Under the pieces are notes generated by a model. The model searched no databases, had not been told where the DNA came from, and saw nothing but the letters and a program-made list of their open reading frames with translations. DNA of 64,000 nucleotides from an uncultured virus (IMG/VR IMGVR_UViG_3300018475_001996) (taxonomy: Duplodnaviria > Heunggongvirae > Uroviricota > Caudoviricetes). The stretch is taken from positions 1-64,000 of IMG/VR virus record IMGVR_UViG_3300018475_001996. One strand, 5' to 3'. Below, one piece after another: positions 26,901 through 37,465 of this stretch (positions are counted from its first letter, which is position 1; each line of letters starts with the position of its first letter). A program made the translations under genes and the position numbers.

Positions 26901-27809
26901 TTAAATATCTATAATAAAATCTTCAAATGTTGTAGGAAATGAAGAACGTTCAATCTTTGGACCGGTGTAATCAACAAAATCACAGTACGCAATCCTTTCA
27001 CCAGGATAACCCAAAGGGTTACATATAATATGAATTACGTTTCCCTTAGAGTTAACATAGTCAGCCATACGTTTACCGTGAACATGACCACAAATCCAGT
27101 AGGTATCATTATCAAGTTCCTCAAAGAACTTATCACCCTTAAAATAAAATACATAATTCCAAGGGTCATTACGGAAATCATGAGGAATTCCGAGTTCATA
27201 AGGAACAAAATGAGTAACGACAACTTTTGGTTTCTGCGTTACGACGTTCATCATCTTTTCATCGTAATGATTCCAAATTTTCCCTGGTTCCTGGTTGAAG
27301 TATCTCCAGTGTTTACCGTCGAACCAGTTACGTTTCCAGGCTGTAAAAGCGTCAAGTCCATAAGTAGGAGCTTCACACTTGAAGTCGCACATACCCATGC
27401 AACCGCCAATGCCGTTAATAACTTCACCGTCGAGAATATGAACATTATCATGTTTTGCACAGACAATTTTCATTGCCTCAATTTTCTTTTCAGAAGAAAC
27501 GAACGGTAAGTTAGATTTCGACGGTGTAGAACCACGAACAGCCAAGTCATGATTACCAAGAACCAAATAAACTTCTTTATACTTTGCAGCAATCCAAGGA
27601 ATCATGCGTGAAAACGTCAGATAATCATTAGAATAATCACCTGCCAAAATAATGCGGTCAACGATAGGAATATTGTAGAACTTCCACAAATAGTCCATAC
27701 TGTCAATAACGACATCGGCCTTCGGGTCATCAAGTTTTAGACGAGAAGGCTTTACTGCATAAGGGAAATGAATATCTACATGTATATCTGATAAAATTAA
27801 TGTTTTCAT
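26901..27809 (-). CDS. calcineurin-like metallophosphoesterase
   Basis: SDIH, AGD, GNHD, THF, GHVH and NPLGYP motifs. Confidence 0.88.
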   Translation of the reverse strand: MKTLILSDIHVDIHFPYAVKPSRLKLDDPKADVVIDSMDYLWKFYNIPIVDRIILAGDYSNDYLTFSRMIPWIAAKYKEVYLVLGNHDLAVRGSTPSKSNLPFVSSEKKIEAMKIVCAKHDNVHILDGEVINGIGGCMGMCDFKCEAPTYGLDAFTAWKRNWFDGKHWRYFNQEPGKIWNHYDEKMMNVVTQKPKVVVTHFVPYELGIPHDFRNDPWNYVFYFKGDKFFEELDNDTYWICGHVHGKRMADYVNSKGNVIHIICNPLGYPGERIAYCDFVDYTGPKIERSSFPTTFEDFIIDI

Positions 27810-28138
27810 GGTGATTCTTTACATTCATGGATAGCATTAATGAAAGCTCCCATGTTATTTGAAATACAGGTACTTTCACCAAGCTGTATATTTTCTTGTT
27901 TTTGCCAGTTCTTTGCGTTAGTATTTACATAGATTTCAACCCAAGGATGTTTCTTCTGGTCAAAATAATCAAGCAACATGATATACGGCATATCAGAATT
28001 TGCATGATAGAAAAGTAAACCACTAAACTTGTCTTCGGCTGTAGGCAAACAACCAAACGTCATACATTCGTATTTTTCAATATATTTACGAAACATCTGT
28101 AAACGTTTTGGCAAGTATTCGATTTTTGCAATAAGCAT
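27806..28138 (-). CDS. hypothetical protein
   Basis: ORF with GAGG RBS. Confidence 0.5.
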   Translation of the reverse strand: MLIAKIEYLPKRLQMFRKYIEKYECMTFGCLPTAEDKFSGLLFYHANSDMPYIMLLDYFDQKKHPWVEIYVNTNAKNWQKQENIQLGESTCISNNMGAFINAIHECKESP

Positions 28139-28152
28139 CGTTATTTCCTCGA

Positions 28153-28683
28153 TTAAAGTTCTGTAGGATTGACCAAGACAATCTTGACCTTTCCGCCGTA
28201 AAGTTCTATAGTTTCCTTTTTCTCTACCAAATCATCGATAAGCCAAAATTCAACAGGATCCTTAACTGTTGCATTGGCCTGTTTAAGCAATGTTTCCGAT
28301 ATACCCATCTGAACGAATTCAGTAAAACAGCTTACCTTAGAAATACCGAATTCACTCATCATACCAGGTTCGATTGCTCGGTCAAAATCTTCCTGCTTTA
28401 ACCAACCAGTTTCAATGGCTGTCTGAACGCTTGCACTTTTCGGAATAACCCGGCAGTCACATCCGATATTCAATGGGTCGATACCAAGTTTAACCAACAT
28501 AGAATTGACTATGTTAATATCGACATCTGTAGGCATTTTCCAGCCCCAAGTGAAGAAGTTAAAACAGACAGGATCTTCTTCCTTAAGAAGCTTTGTAATC
28601 TTCTTACAGTTTTCTTCAAGAAAATTACAGTTAACCAAATCGTCGATAATGGTATTTTCTATGTCGGTAAAAATAAAACGCAT
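28153..28683 (-). CDS. HAD-like hydrolase
   Basis: IFTDIENTI (motif I-like) and LIDD (motif IV). Confidence 0.55.
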   Translation of the reverse strand: MRFIFTDIENTIIDDLVNCNFLEENCKKITKLLKEEDPVCFNFFTWGWKMPTDVDINIVNSMLVKLGIDPLNIGCDCRVIPKSASVQTAIETGWLKQEDFDRAIEPGMMSEFGISKVSCFTEFVQMGISETLLKQANATVKDPVEFWLIDDLVEKKETIELYGGKVKIVLVNPTEL

Positions 28684-28724
28684 ATTGCAAATATAGCAAC
28701 ATGCGTTAATCTTGTAAACCCTGA

Positions 28725-29012
28725 TTACTTCAAATTATTTAAAATTATATCCATTTTCCATTTATTGAGATATTGTATGGTTTCATTTAACGGAGGCAAT
28801 GGTTTATTCTTAAAATGTTTCTGTATATGCGACCATGCATTACCGATTCCATAACGTATTGCCATATCTTCAGATAAATGTTTTTCATTAATTATATTTG
28901 AGAATACATCAAGATAAACATCTACATATGCCGTTATAAAATCTAAAACGTCATCTTTATAATACTTATAAGACGCTCTATTTTTAAGATGATATTTATC
29001 TTCCAGCAGCAT
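28725..29012 (-). CDS. hypothetical protein
   Basis: ORF in operon. Confidence 0.5.
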   Translation of the reverse strand: MLLEDKYHLKNRASYKYYKDDVLDFITAYVDVYLDVFSNIINEKHLSEDMAIRYGIGNAWSHIQKHFKNKPLPPLNETIQYLNKWKMDIILNNLK

Positions 29013-29014
29013 AA

Positions 29015-29197
29015 TTATTCAGAAAGCAAATACTTACCTACGAAATACACGATCAGTCCGAGAATAATAATCGGAGCGAACATGTAGCAAAGCAGACAGA
29101 TAAGGATAATCTTCGGGATATTCAAGTAATTCTTTCCTGTGCAAATGAAGTAAATGCAGAGGACAGTTGCGAGGATTAACCAGAAAGATACGATCAT
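29015..29197 (-). CDS. small membrane protein
   Basis: Two TM segments, AGGAG RBS. Confidence 0.55.
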   Translation of the reverse strand: MIVSFWLILATVLCIYFICTGKNYLNIPKIILICLLCYMFAPIIILGLIVYFVGKYLLSE

Positions 29198-29198
29198 T

Positions 29199-29720
29199 TT
29201 ATTCTCCTAATACGGTTGAGTTTTTTAAGCCTGCGGTTTTACAAAGAGTATCGAATACGAAAGTATTGAAATGCAAAAGACCATGTGCATAACCAATAAC
29301 TTTTACAAGTATTCCATACTTTTCAAACAAATACTTTTCAATGAATAAACCGACCGCGACAGAACGGCGTTTACCAGAACGACAATGGATATACCATGTA
29401 GACTGTGACTTATTCTGTTCGATAAAATCTATAATAGTCTTTGCATTATCTTTGGTAATACCCTGTGCAAGACCATATTCGGTTTCTTTTGAAGGACAAG
29501 TAATATCGTCAAATTCGATATTAAGCACATTGCTATGATTTTCGCTGAACCAGTGTTCATCGGTTTCATGCTTGACATTTTCAAGATAATTATGCTTTAT
29601 TTCCGGTAGACAACAAATGGAAATAAATGCACAAGTTGATGGAATATCACAATCATTCCACTTATTGGCCTTCATCAAGGCATCAAAATGTGTGTGCGGA
29701 TAAACATAGCAAGTAATCAT
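29199..29720 (-). CDS. Cys-based (tyrosine/dual-specificity) phosphatase
   Basis: FDD loop and IHCRSGKRRS CX5R motif. Confidence 0.8.
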   Translation of the reverse strand: MITCYVYPHTHFDALMKANKWNDCDIPSTCAFISICCLPEIKHNYLENVKHETDEHWFSENHSNVLNIEFDDITCPSKETEYGLAQGITKDNAKTIIDFIEQNKSQSTWYIHCRSGKRRSVAVGLFIEKYLFEKYGILVKVIGYAHGLLHFNTFVFDTLCKTAGLKNSTVLGE

Positions 29721-29918
29721 ATAACAAATATAATAAAGAAAACCCGTTTTGTCAACGGGTTATTTTTACTTTCCAAAAATTATTATTCCCAACATTATAA
29801 TTATTCCGAGTCCAAGAAGTAAAATTGTTAGGTCATAATTCAATGTAACTTTTTTATTATATACAGGTTCTAACTTAGGTACCTTATCTGTCCTTTTCAT
29901 TTTTCCTCCTTGTATTAT

Positions 29919-30449
29919 TTATACTTCAGGAAGAACAGTATCATTTTTCTCCTTTTCTAAATAATACGCATCAAGTAAGGCACGAATATCTTTGAATAAC
30001 ATATTCTGTGAAAACTTTTCATCAAATGCTTCACAATATTCTTTTAGCCTTGATATACTTTCGTCAAGCTTAGTTTCTTTTTCATTATTGTCAACAACTT
30101 CTGTTTCTACGTCGATTTCTTTAAACTTAGCAAAGAACTTGTCAAACTTATCGAAATTAAAACGTATCGGCTTACCGTCAGCATATTCAAAGTATTCCGA
30201 CATTATAAAATCCTGAAGATCGTATTTCTTTTTAAGATATTCATACGGTCTTAGATTACAATATGTATACGTATCGGTTACTCGGAACGTTATGATACCG
30301 AGGATTTTTTCCTTATACGATACATACCAAATGTCATCGTTCATTATTGTGTTTTTAACTATATCAAAACCGTTTCGTATCAGATTCAACCGAAACAAAT
30401 ACGACGTATTATTGAGATAGTTAAATTTTTTAATGTCGTCTGGCAGCAT
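29919..30449 (-). CDS. hypothetical protein
   Basis: ORF in operon. Confidence 0.5.
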   Translation of the reverse strand: MLPDDIKKFNYLNNTSYLFRLNLIRNGFDIVKNTIMNDDIWYVSYKEKILGIITFRVTDTYTYCNLRPYEYLKKKYDLQDFIMSEYFEYADGKPIRFNFDKFDKFFAKFKEIDVETEVVDNNEKETKLDESISRLKEYCEAFDEKFSQNMLFKDIRALLDAYYLEKEKNDTVLPEV

Positions 30450-30454
30450 TGTTA

Positions 30455-30625
30455 TTATTTATTCAGGAATTTATCGAAATCAGAAAGAACACCCTTAAGC
30501 GTCGGCTGAGGCTTCACTTCCTTATATGAATATGTTGTTTCACTGTTATCATAGTCATTCAACATATAAATGAGCATCATAAGAAAACACGGAATTGTTA
30601 CAAAAAGCAATAAAGCTAAAATCAT
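30455..30625 (-). CDS. small membrane protein (56 aa, not in ORF track)
   Basis: ATGA overlap with the upstream gene; MILALLLFVTIPCFLMMLIY...SDFDKFLNK. Confidence 0.6.
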   Translation of the reverse strand: MILALLLFVTIPCFLMMLIYMLNDYDNSETTYSYKEVKPQPTLKGVLSDFDKFLNK

Positions 30626-31461
30626 ACTTCAAATACCTTCTTGAAAGTGTCATAATTTGTCGTGTCTTCGCTGGAGCAATATACGGCGAATACGATATTC
30701 TTGAACGTATGTGTAAAGTGCTCAGAAATAACCTTCTTATAGGCCTTTGCTACAACTTCCGGCGGATTCCTGAAAGCGCCACAGCCAAATGCACCAAGAA
30801 TAACGGTTTCATTTCCGTGGAATGCAGCACAGGAAAGAATCTTAAATGCACGGGTTTCATGGAGCTTCTGAAGTTCTGCATTCGAAATCTTAACGCCTTC
30901 GCCATTTTCATGGTTATAGGCATTGGCCGGAGTTTCACGAAGATTCGGAGCCGCACAGGTAATGACGTTTACCTTAGCATTCTGGAAAAGGTTATTATAA
31001 CTGTCAGACTTAAGGATAACGACATCAGGAGTATAGATAATGTCATCATTGTGCAACGGCGTTCCATTCGTCTTATGGGGCGTGTAGAACAGTTCTTTTG
31101 CCCAATCAGTATTTAGACACTGGTAGAGCGTAGAACAGCGACAGAGACACTCTTCTTGAGCACTGGAGCCCTTCGTGACACCACCACCCGGATTAGTAGC
31201 CGAAGCAAAGTTCAAAACGGCAACCTTTCCGCCATACTTACGAGCAGTATTGAAAGAACCGTCCTTACATACAGTAATCTTTGCCGGAGCATCAAACGAC
31301 TGTTTTCGACCGTTCTTAAAATATTCGATAGACGATGCATCAGAATAGAATACCTGGTTCTTGTAAGAATACTTAACGGATTCCTGCAACTTAGGATCCT
31401 TTGCAATCTGGGCGAGCGTGTCGTTAAAAATCTTAATGTTTTCTGCTTTCTTGGAGTACAT
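30622..31461 (-). CDS. bacterial-type PARG / macrodomain protein (TIGR02452/DUF2263)
   Basis: LNFASATNPGGG, AQEECLCRCS and LGAFGCGAFRNPP motifs. Confidence 0.9.
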   Translation of the reverse strand: MYSKKAENIKIFNDTLAQIAKDPKLQESVKYSYKNQVFYSDASSIEYFKNGRKQSFDAPAKITVCKDGSFNTARKYGGKVAVLNFASATNPGGGVTKGSSAQEECLCRCSTLYQCLNTDWAKELFYTPHKTNGTPLHNDDIIYTPDVVILKSDSYNNLFQNAKVNVITCAAPNLRETPANAYNHENGEGVKISNAELQKLHETRAFKILSCAAFHGNETVILGAFGCGAFRNPPEVVAKAYKKVISEHFTHTFKNIVFAVYCSSEDTTNYDTFKKVFEV

Positions 31462-31526
31462 AGTTTTTCCTAATGAAATTTTTTCCTAATATAGAAAAAG
31501 GATTGACTTTCGTCAACCCCTTTTAT

Positions 31527-31594
31527 TGCAGCCACCTGAATCGAACAGGTCCTCATAGTCAATGGACTATGTAATGCGCCATACAACAGACTGC
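31527..31594 (-). ncRNA. isolated tRNA-like element with aberrant D and anticodon arms
   Basis: GCAGTC/GGCTGC-A acceptor, ACCTG-TTCGATT-CAGGT T arm, CATAGTC-CATT-GACTATG hairpin in the anticodon position. Confidence 0.6.
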
Positions 31595-31664
31595 GGTCCC
31601 ATTTTATATTTCAACCGCTCAAGACACATTTAAGTCTATGTTGCGGTATGGGTTTTAGAATCAA

Positions 31665-32312
31665 TTAGCCGTTCTGATTCTTGTATTCGCGAACAGCGTC
31701 TTCGAATTCAAGGTCAATCACGCTGGACTTGAGGTCGTTCTTGTGCGGATGGACGATTTCAGAGACTTCCTGCTTTGCTTCCATGCGGAACTGCGTGGTC
31801 TGGACTTCCTTTTCGATTTCAGCGATCATTTCGTTGCAATCGAGACCGAAGTCACCGAGAGTGGTGCTGGAGCACATCTTGCAAGTATCGATCTGGACCT
31901 GAAGAGTCGTCAACTTAGCTTCCATGAGAGCCTTGTTGGTATCGATGTTCTTGAGGGTGTCACGGACCTTGACACACTGCTTTTCAGTGTTCTGCCAAGC
32001 ATTTTCGATGGTGTCACGAGCAGACTTGAGGCCCTTCCAAGTGATGAACTTGATCTTGGCTTCATCGGTCTTGTTACCGTCAACGAGACGTTCCCAGTCA
32101 CGGCGAGCCGTAGCGGTCTGAACGTCGAGTTCGTCAAAGCGCTTCTTCAAGGTCTTAGCATTCACCAGCATGTCTTCTGCAGACTTGATGTACTGAGCAG
32201 CGTTCTTGTTGTACTGACGACGAATTTCTTCAATCTTATCCTTGGTGGAGATGAGAGATTCGATGCCATTCTGAGCCTTGTGAGCGAAGATTTTGAAGAT
32301 ATTGAACTTCAT
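31665..32312 (-). CDS. PspA/IM30-like coiled-coil protein
   Basis: 215 aa, all-helical coiled coil with PspA-like layout. Confidence 0.6.
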   Translation of the reverse strand: MKFNIFKIFAHKAQNGIESLISTKDKIEEIRRQYNKNAAQYIKSAEDMLVNAKTLKKRFDELDVQTATARRDWERLVDGNKTDEAKIKFITWKGLKSARDTIENAWQNTEKQCVKVRDTLKNIDTNKALMEAKLTTLQVQIDTCKMCSSTTLGDFGLDCNEMIAEIEKEVQTTQFRMEAKQEVSEIVHPHKNDLKSSVIDLEFEDAVREYKNQNG

Positions 32313-32399
32313 AGTATTTTTCCTTTTTTGTTTGGTGTTAAATTGTTGTTGTGTTGTTAAATATAGTAAAGTTTGTTTGTTTTGTCAACCCGGTTTTTT

Positions 32400-32636
32400 T
32401 TACTTGACAGTTTCAAGGGATTGAAGACCGTCACGCTGAACAGGCATTGTCGGAACCTTGAGAACAAGGTCTTGATTTACCTGTACCGGATTTGACATGT
32501 AGACGTTAATAGCTTCAACAGAATTAAGAGGCTTGACTTCCTTGCTCTTGCTATACGCTTCGGCGCCGAAATAAACGCCAGCCGAGATACCAAGAACCGC
32601 GATAGTCGATACCGTAATCTTAATGTATGAATTCAT
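32400..32636 (-). CDS. small membrane protein
   Basis: N-terminal TM segment. Confidence 0.55.
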   Translation of the reverse strand: MNSYIKITVSTIAVLGISAGVYFGAEAYSKSKEVKPLNSVEAINVYMSNPVQVNQDLVLKVPTMPVQRDGLQSLETVK

Positions 32637-32707
32637 TTTGTTTCCTTATTGGTTATTCATTTAACGATGTAAATATAGCAATCTTTTTTAGTTTTGTCAA
32701 TGCTTTT

Positions 32708-32968
32708 TTATCTAAAAACTTGAGGCATGATAGTATACATATTAACCGTGCTCTTGTCGACATTCTTATAAGTGTCAAAGCGGTGTTTATATTCTTCGAT
32801 ACTTATAGACATTGCCTTCATACGTTCAGCCTTAGCATATTCCTTTTGACCATCATTAATGGTAAAATCATTGATACCACCGGCAATAACTAAAACCAGC
32901 ATGCACAAAAGACTAGCGATAGCTGTAAAAGCAAGTTCATCGTCATAATTATGTTCATTTGAACGCAT
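32708..32968 (-). CDS. small membrane protein
   Basis: One TM segment. Confidence 0.5.
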   Translation of the reverse strand: MRSNEHNYDDELAFTAIASLLCMLVLVIAGGINDFTINDGQKEYAKAERMKAMSISIEEYKHRFDTYKNVDKSTVNMYTIMPQVFR

Positions 32969-32972
32969 AAAA

Positions 32973-33479
32973 CTACTTCCTTATAAATTGATTAACATCT
33001 TTCATCATATTGTCAAGATTATTCTTGATATACTTTTCATTAGCAATATCTTCGTTCTCACGCTTATTTCTAATCCTTGAAGGTGTTGTAAAGATAAATG
33101 CAAGAATATCATATACAGGCAATATGTAATAGTAATACTTACTGGAATTGTCAGATACCATTTTAGAAATAAATGTGATTAACAGAAAATATATCGCTAA
33201 GATAAACAGTTTTTCTACATATTGGAAAAACACGGAAGTCTTATCATCATATTCGATTTTCTTTTCTGCGAAATACCCATTATAGACTTCTTTTAATTCA
33301 TCTTTTGAAATACCTGCTCTAATTCGAAGATTTTCATAATTATCGTATTTACAGTCACAGAGACCACCATTATCGGCGGATTCAACTTTATGTTCAGTAA
33401 TCTCGGCTGTTGGAATTCCGGTAACTGCGAAAATGATACCTAATACCAATACAGCTTCAATAATAATTTTATGTAACAT
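32973..33479 (-). CDS. membrane protein
   Basis: Three hydrophobic segments. Confidence 0.55.
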   Translation of the reverse strand: MLHKIIIEAVLVLGIIFAVTGIPTAEITEHKVESADNGGLCDCKYDNYENLRIRAGISKDELKEVYNGYFAEKKIEYDDKTSVFFQYVEKLFILAIYFLLITFISKMVSDNSSKYYYYILPVYDILAFIFTTPSRIRNKRENEDIANEKYIKNNLDNMMKDVNQFIRK

Positions 33480-34024
33480 TATCTATCTCCGTCTTTAAGA
33501 AACTGGTCATACTTATTCCATATAGCGGCTTCCGCACTTCTAGGCTTATTAGCGTTTTTCTGTTTTACTGCTTGTTTGATATTGGTAATATACAGAATTC
33601 CACGTTCAATGACATCCTGAATACCGACAAAAAACAAAATAATTGCAGTTATTGAAAAATATACAAAACCTAACGGCGAAAGTACAGTATATACCCATAG
33701 ATAGATAAGATAAAAGATTCTTTGCTTATCATTATAACAGGGATGACTACAACCAGCCTTTATTGCACATATGAGAATCAAAAACAAAATTATTGCCCAG
33801 ATTGTCATATAAGTATAAACGCTAGGCATAGTGTTAAATACTTCGAACGTATTTTGACGATCGTAGATTCCACCCTTAGACCAACCCATAATACCAACAA
33901 TTAGCATAAAAAGATTAAAGAAGGATGAAAGTACAATCTGAACCAAAAATAATATAGATGGTCCATCTTCACCCATATTTCCAGCACGTATTGATCTTGT
34001 TGTTTTTCCAAAAAACGAGAACAT
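33479..34024 (-). CDS. membrane protein
   Basis: Three to four TM segments. Confidence 0.55.
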   Translation of the reverse strand: MFSFFGKTTRSIRAGNMGEDGPSILFLVQIVLSSFFNLFMLIVGIMGWSKGGIYDRQNTFEVFNTMPSVYTYMTIWAIILFLILICAIKAGCSHPCYNDKQRIFYLIYLWVYTVLSPLGFVYFSITAIILFFVGIQDVIERGILYITNIKQAVKQKNANKPRSAEAAIWNKYDQFLKDGDR

Positions 34025-34335
34025 TATTCATCATCTCCTATATTAATTTCGATTACTGAAAACTTTACATTTCCGAAAAGCTTTTTGGCATATCGTCTAA
34101 TTTCTTTAAGCTTCGGGCTTATTGTAGTTTCAAACCAAGTCGGTTCCGGTTCAGGTTCTGGCGGTTTTGGCGGATCAGGTTTTTTTAATAACCGATTATA
34201 ATCCTCAATTACACCAGGGAGGTCTAAATCAACTGTCACTTTTGCAGAAATTTCTTCCTTACACCGTTTTTCCCAACGGTTTACAAGAACAAGAGCAACA
34301 ATAGAAACAACTATAAGAATAATATAAAATATCAT
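34024..34335 (-). CDS. small membrane protein with Pro-rich linker
   Basis: N-terminal TM, PDPPKPPEPEPEP. Confidence 0.55.
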   Translation of the reverse strand: MIFYIILIVVSIVALVLVNRWEKRCKEEISAKVTVDLDLPGVIEDYNRLLKKPDPPKPPEPEPEPTWFETTISPKLKEIRRYAKKLFGNVKFSVIEINIGDDE

Positions 34336-34565
34336 TCGATTCGAACCTCTATCGTCGGAATAACCGGTTCACCATTTAACAGTCTGTCAAAATTCTCCGC
34401 AAGTTTACCAGGTTCTGTAACGTATGTATCTGTCCAGAATTTCTTATTTGCATGTTCAATAAGCTTATTATGTAACATGTCATATAGTGCATAAACAAGA
34501 CATGCAAGTATAAACCCGCTGACTATAAAAACAGGAAACATAAAAATTAATTCAATAAATGTCAT
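34332..34565 (-). CDS. small membrane protein
   Basis: N-terminal TM segment. Confidence 0.55.
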   Translation of the reverse strand: MTFIELIFMFPVFIVSGFILACLVYALYDMLHNKLIEHANKKFWTDTYVTEPGKLAENFDRLLNGEPVIPTIEVRIE

Positions 34566-34825
34566 ACTTTTTATTCCTTTTCAACAATCTGTTTTTGCAG
34601 GTTATTAACGACAATATTTAAATTCTCTTCTGTAACAGGTTTTCTAAGTTTCTTAAGAATTTCCTTTGCAACTTTCAAAAGCTGTTTTTTATCTGCATTA
34701 TCTGCTTTAGATATTAGCCGATTCCAAACTTTATTCAAGTCCATAATACCATCAGTGTTATATCTATTAGGAAACTTCTCCATTACGTGTTAAATATAGT
34801 AAATGTTCACATGTTTGTCAATGTT

Positions 34826-35407
34826 TTATTTGGTCTTGATTGGAATATTACCTGAGTAATAATCTTGCAACATGTTGTAATCGGCTCCATAATCAAGAAG
34901 CTTTGCATTGTTACCGGTAAAACCCCAAGCAGAACCGCGGCAAATTTCAGTTCTTGGAATATTAAACTTATGCATGAATTCTGTTGTATTCCGAAGAAGC
35001 TGTTTTGTCTTATCGGAAACATTTAAACGATTTATATACGCCTTTGAACCACCGACATGATATGAAAAATCGGCAAAATGAATCTGATAGATTTCTGCAA
35101 ACTTATCATATGTAAATTCTTTCACATATTCCGAAATAAGTACAAGACCGTTATTGATGCATTCATAGGTTTTGACTAATGAATCCTTAGTATCTGCAAA
35201 CTTATACCAATCATATTCATTATTATTCTGCATTATGCCAACCTTAAAACGGGCAAGCTTAATTACTTTCTTGTTGGATATTCTGAATACAGTACGAGAA
35301 GAACCCATACCGATTTCTTCATAGCCAAGGCGCCACAGTTCGGAACGGATGTCTTTGTACTTTTCTAAATCGGTATAATTCTGGGCTAAATCAAGTGCTG
35401 TATTCAT
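34826..35407 (-). CDS. protein-kinase-like protein
   Basis: IGMGSSRTVF Gly-loop, VIKLA, QNxxE and LLDYG motifs. Confidence 0.65.
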   Translation of the reverse strand: MNTALDLAQNYTDLEKYKDIRSELWRLGYEEIGMGSSRTVFRISNKKVIKLARFKVGIMQNNNEYDWYKFADTKDSLVKTYECINNGLVLISEYVKEFTYDKFAEIYQIHFADFSYHVGGSKAYINRLNVSDKTKQLLRNTTEFMHKFNIPRTEICRGSAWGFTGNNAKLLDYGADYNMLQDYYSGNIPIKTK

Positions 35408-35412
35408 AAGTA

Positions 35413-35763
35413 TTAATCGACAACCTTCTTGATTTCCTTTATGTATTCAAACTCGTCACATTGGTCATTGTCACCGAGATTCTTGAAATACAATCCGGTC
35501 CATTTGTTTTCCAGTAATATAGCGTCTTTCCAAACGCCATCTACGTTATCATTGTTTTCATGCCCCCAGGTAATCTCATAGTGAATATCCGGGCTTGGTT
35601 CAGCATTAGTCACTTCCTCGACATACGCTCTAGCTAGTTTTTTAGTCAGACGCATGACTTCTCGCCATATCGAATGTTCCATATTGTCAGTTTTACCTGA
35701 CACACCCAGCATATTCTTGGCTTCCGTAAAGAAGTTGTGCATATTATTGTTGTCTGTTTTCAT
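35413..35763 (-). CDS. hypothetical protein
   Basis: ORF in operon. Confidence 0.5.
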   Translation of the reverse strand: MKTDNNNMHNFFTEAKNMLGVSGKTDNMEHSIWREVMRLTKKLARAYVEEVTNAEPSPDIHYEITWGHENNDNVDGVWKDAILLENKWTGLYFKNLGDNDQCDEFEYIKEIKKVVD

Positions 35764-35764
35764 T

Positions 35765-36127
35765 CTAATTCCTTGCTAAAAACTTGTTAAATTCACGAAT
35801 TACCGGACGTAATTTTCGGTTCTGATGTTTAATAAAATTATATTCTTTGGAAATTACATGAGCGTCGAGCCATTCATAACATGAACAAATTTTAATACCA
35901 ATATGACATATCCAAAGAATAATAAAACAGCCTGTTGCAATTGGGCCAAGTATTACACAAGTGACAAAAATGTCAAAAAGATCTTTTTTATCAACCATAG
36001 GACGTTTTCTGTTTTTTTCATTGTAATATGATAATATATTTTCATTAAAATCAATTACATATACAAACAGGATATTAAACACGATACAAGCAGCAAGACT
36101 TAAAAGAATGATTTGTACCATAGTCAT
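35765..36127 (-). CDS. membrane protein
   Basis: Two TM segments. Confidence 0.55.
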   Translation of the reverse strand: MTMVQIILLSLAACIVFNILFVYVIDFNENILSYYNEKNRKRPMVDKKDLFDIFVTCVILGPIATGCFIILWICHIGIKICSCYEWLDAHVISKEYNFIKHQNRKLRPVIREFNKFLARN

Positions 36128-36214
36128 AAAAGATTCTCCGTTTTATGTGTTACAATATAGAAAAAAGACCCATTTTTGTAAATGGGTCTTTTTATCTAAC
36201 CTATGTTTGCAAGA

Positions 36215-37444
36215 TTAGTTATCGTGTTCGACACGCCACTTGATAGCACCCTTCAGGTTCTGATGATATTCTTCATCCTTACCCATAAACTTGCCATCGT
36301 CGTCAGAAACCTTACAAACCGGAATACCGTTAACTTCAGTCAACTTGATAACCTGGTTCATGGCCTTAAACCAACCAGTATCATTAAGCAACCACGTACC
36401 GATACCGAACGCAACATTGCAACGAAGTGCAAAACGCTGATAGATAACTTCTGCCTTTGCGAAGTTCAACGAATCGCTGAACAAGAGAGTCTTGTTTGCA
36501 TACGGAACGCCAATCTTCATGTAATGGGCGAGCATCTTTTCACCCCAAGCAATCGGATCTGCGGAGTCATGTCGAACACCGCTGAAGAGACGAGCATAGG
36601 TTTCAGTAAAGTCCTTCAAGAAGCAATCTGTAGTGATACAGTCGGTAAGATAAATACCGTTCTTAGTACCATATTCCTTAATCCAGTGCTTCATCATGTA
36701 AAGGTTGGAATATGCCGGGTTATGCTGTGGCAAGCCCTGTCCGACGAGTTCGATAGCTTCATGAGCCATGGTACCAACCGGCTTAGTTCCGAGCAAGAAG
36801 CTGAAGTAAACATTGGAAGTACCAACAAACTTCGTACCGTTAAACTGGAACTGACTGATGTAACGGAGTGCCCATTCCTGGAATTCCTTACAGAAACGAC
36901 GACGAGTACCGAATTCGGAGAATACGCCAATCTTGATTTCACCCTTAATAAGCTTATCAATCTTTTCCTTAAAGCGTTGCTTTGCATCTTCGATAATCTG
37001 CTTCTGCTGTTCTTCAGTATAGGACATACGGAACCAAACTTCAGAAACAATAGACATCACCGGAACTTCATGATAAGAAACGTCAACATTGTAGCCGCGG
37101 AACTTAATATCCGGTTGCTGAAGCTTTTCATCGAACGTACAAACAATTTCATTACGGTCGATAGTATAACGCTTGAGGAAACGAACATAGTCGTTCTTCA
37201 TGAAATCAATCTTCTGGAAATGTTCCAATTCCCACGGCGTATAGCGGAGCTTTGAATACAAATCAATCTGATAATTGATTTCATCAATCATTTCGCGAGT
37301 GAACTTGCGTTCAGGATCACGGTTCTTATAAGTCCATTCCACATTCATGTCATGGAACTGGTGAACGAACATCTGACCCATAGTGTACTTATAAAAGTCA
37401 TTATCGGTCAAATGTGTGATAATTTGCGGCAAATGCTTTGTCAT
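36215..37444 (-). CDS. pncB: nicotinate phosphoribosyltransferase
   Basis: DFYKYTM, SEFGTRRR, GTSNV, GTMAHE, GVRHDSAD, FSDSL, FGIGT and KVSD motifs. Confidence 0.92.
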   Translation of the reverse strand: MTKHLPQIITHLTDNDFYKYTMGQMFVHQFHDMNVEWTYKNRDPERKFTREMIDEINYQIDLYSKLRYTPWELEHFQKIDFMKNDYVRFLKRYTIDRNEIVCTFDEKLQQPDIKFRGYNVDVSYHEVPVMSIVSEVWFRMSYTEEQQKQIIEDAKQRFKEKIDKLIKGEIKIGVFSEFGTRRRFCKEFQEWALRYISQFQFNGTKFVGTSNVYFSFLLGTKPVGTMAHEAIELVGQGLPQHNPAYSNLYMMKHWIKEYGTKNGIYLTDCITTDCFLKDFTETYARLFSGVRHDSADPIAWGEKMLAHYMKIGVPYANKTLLFSDSLNFAKAEVIYQRFALRCNVAFGIGTWLLNDTGWFKAMNQVIKLTEVNGIPVCKVSDDDGKFMGKDEEYHQNLKGAIKWRVEHDN

Positions 37445-37465
37445 TTTAGTTTTCCTTTTTAGTAG

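Noticed and set aside
36215..37444. NARP1 Namat or NARP2 Nampt assignment
   Set aside because: Motifs match PncB, and the presence of nicotinamidase and NadE points to the deamidated route; no PRPP-synthetase-like Adps in the window.
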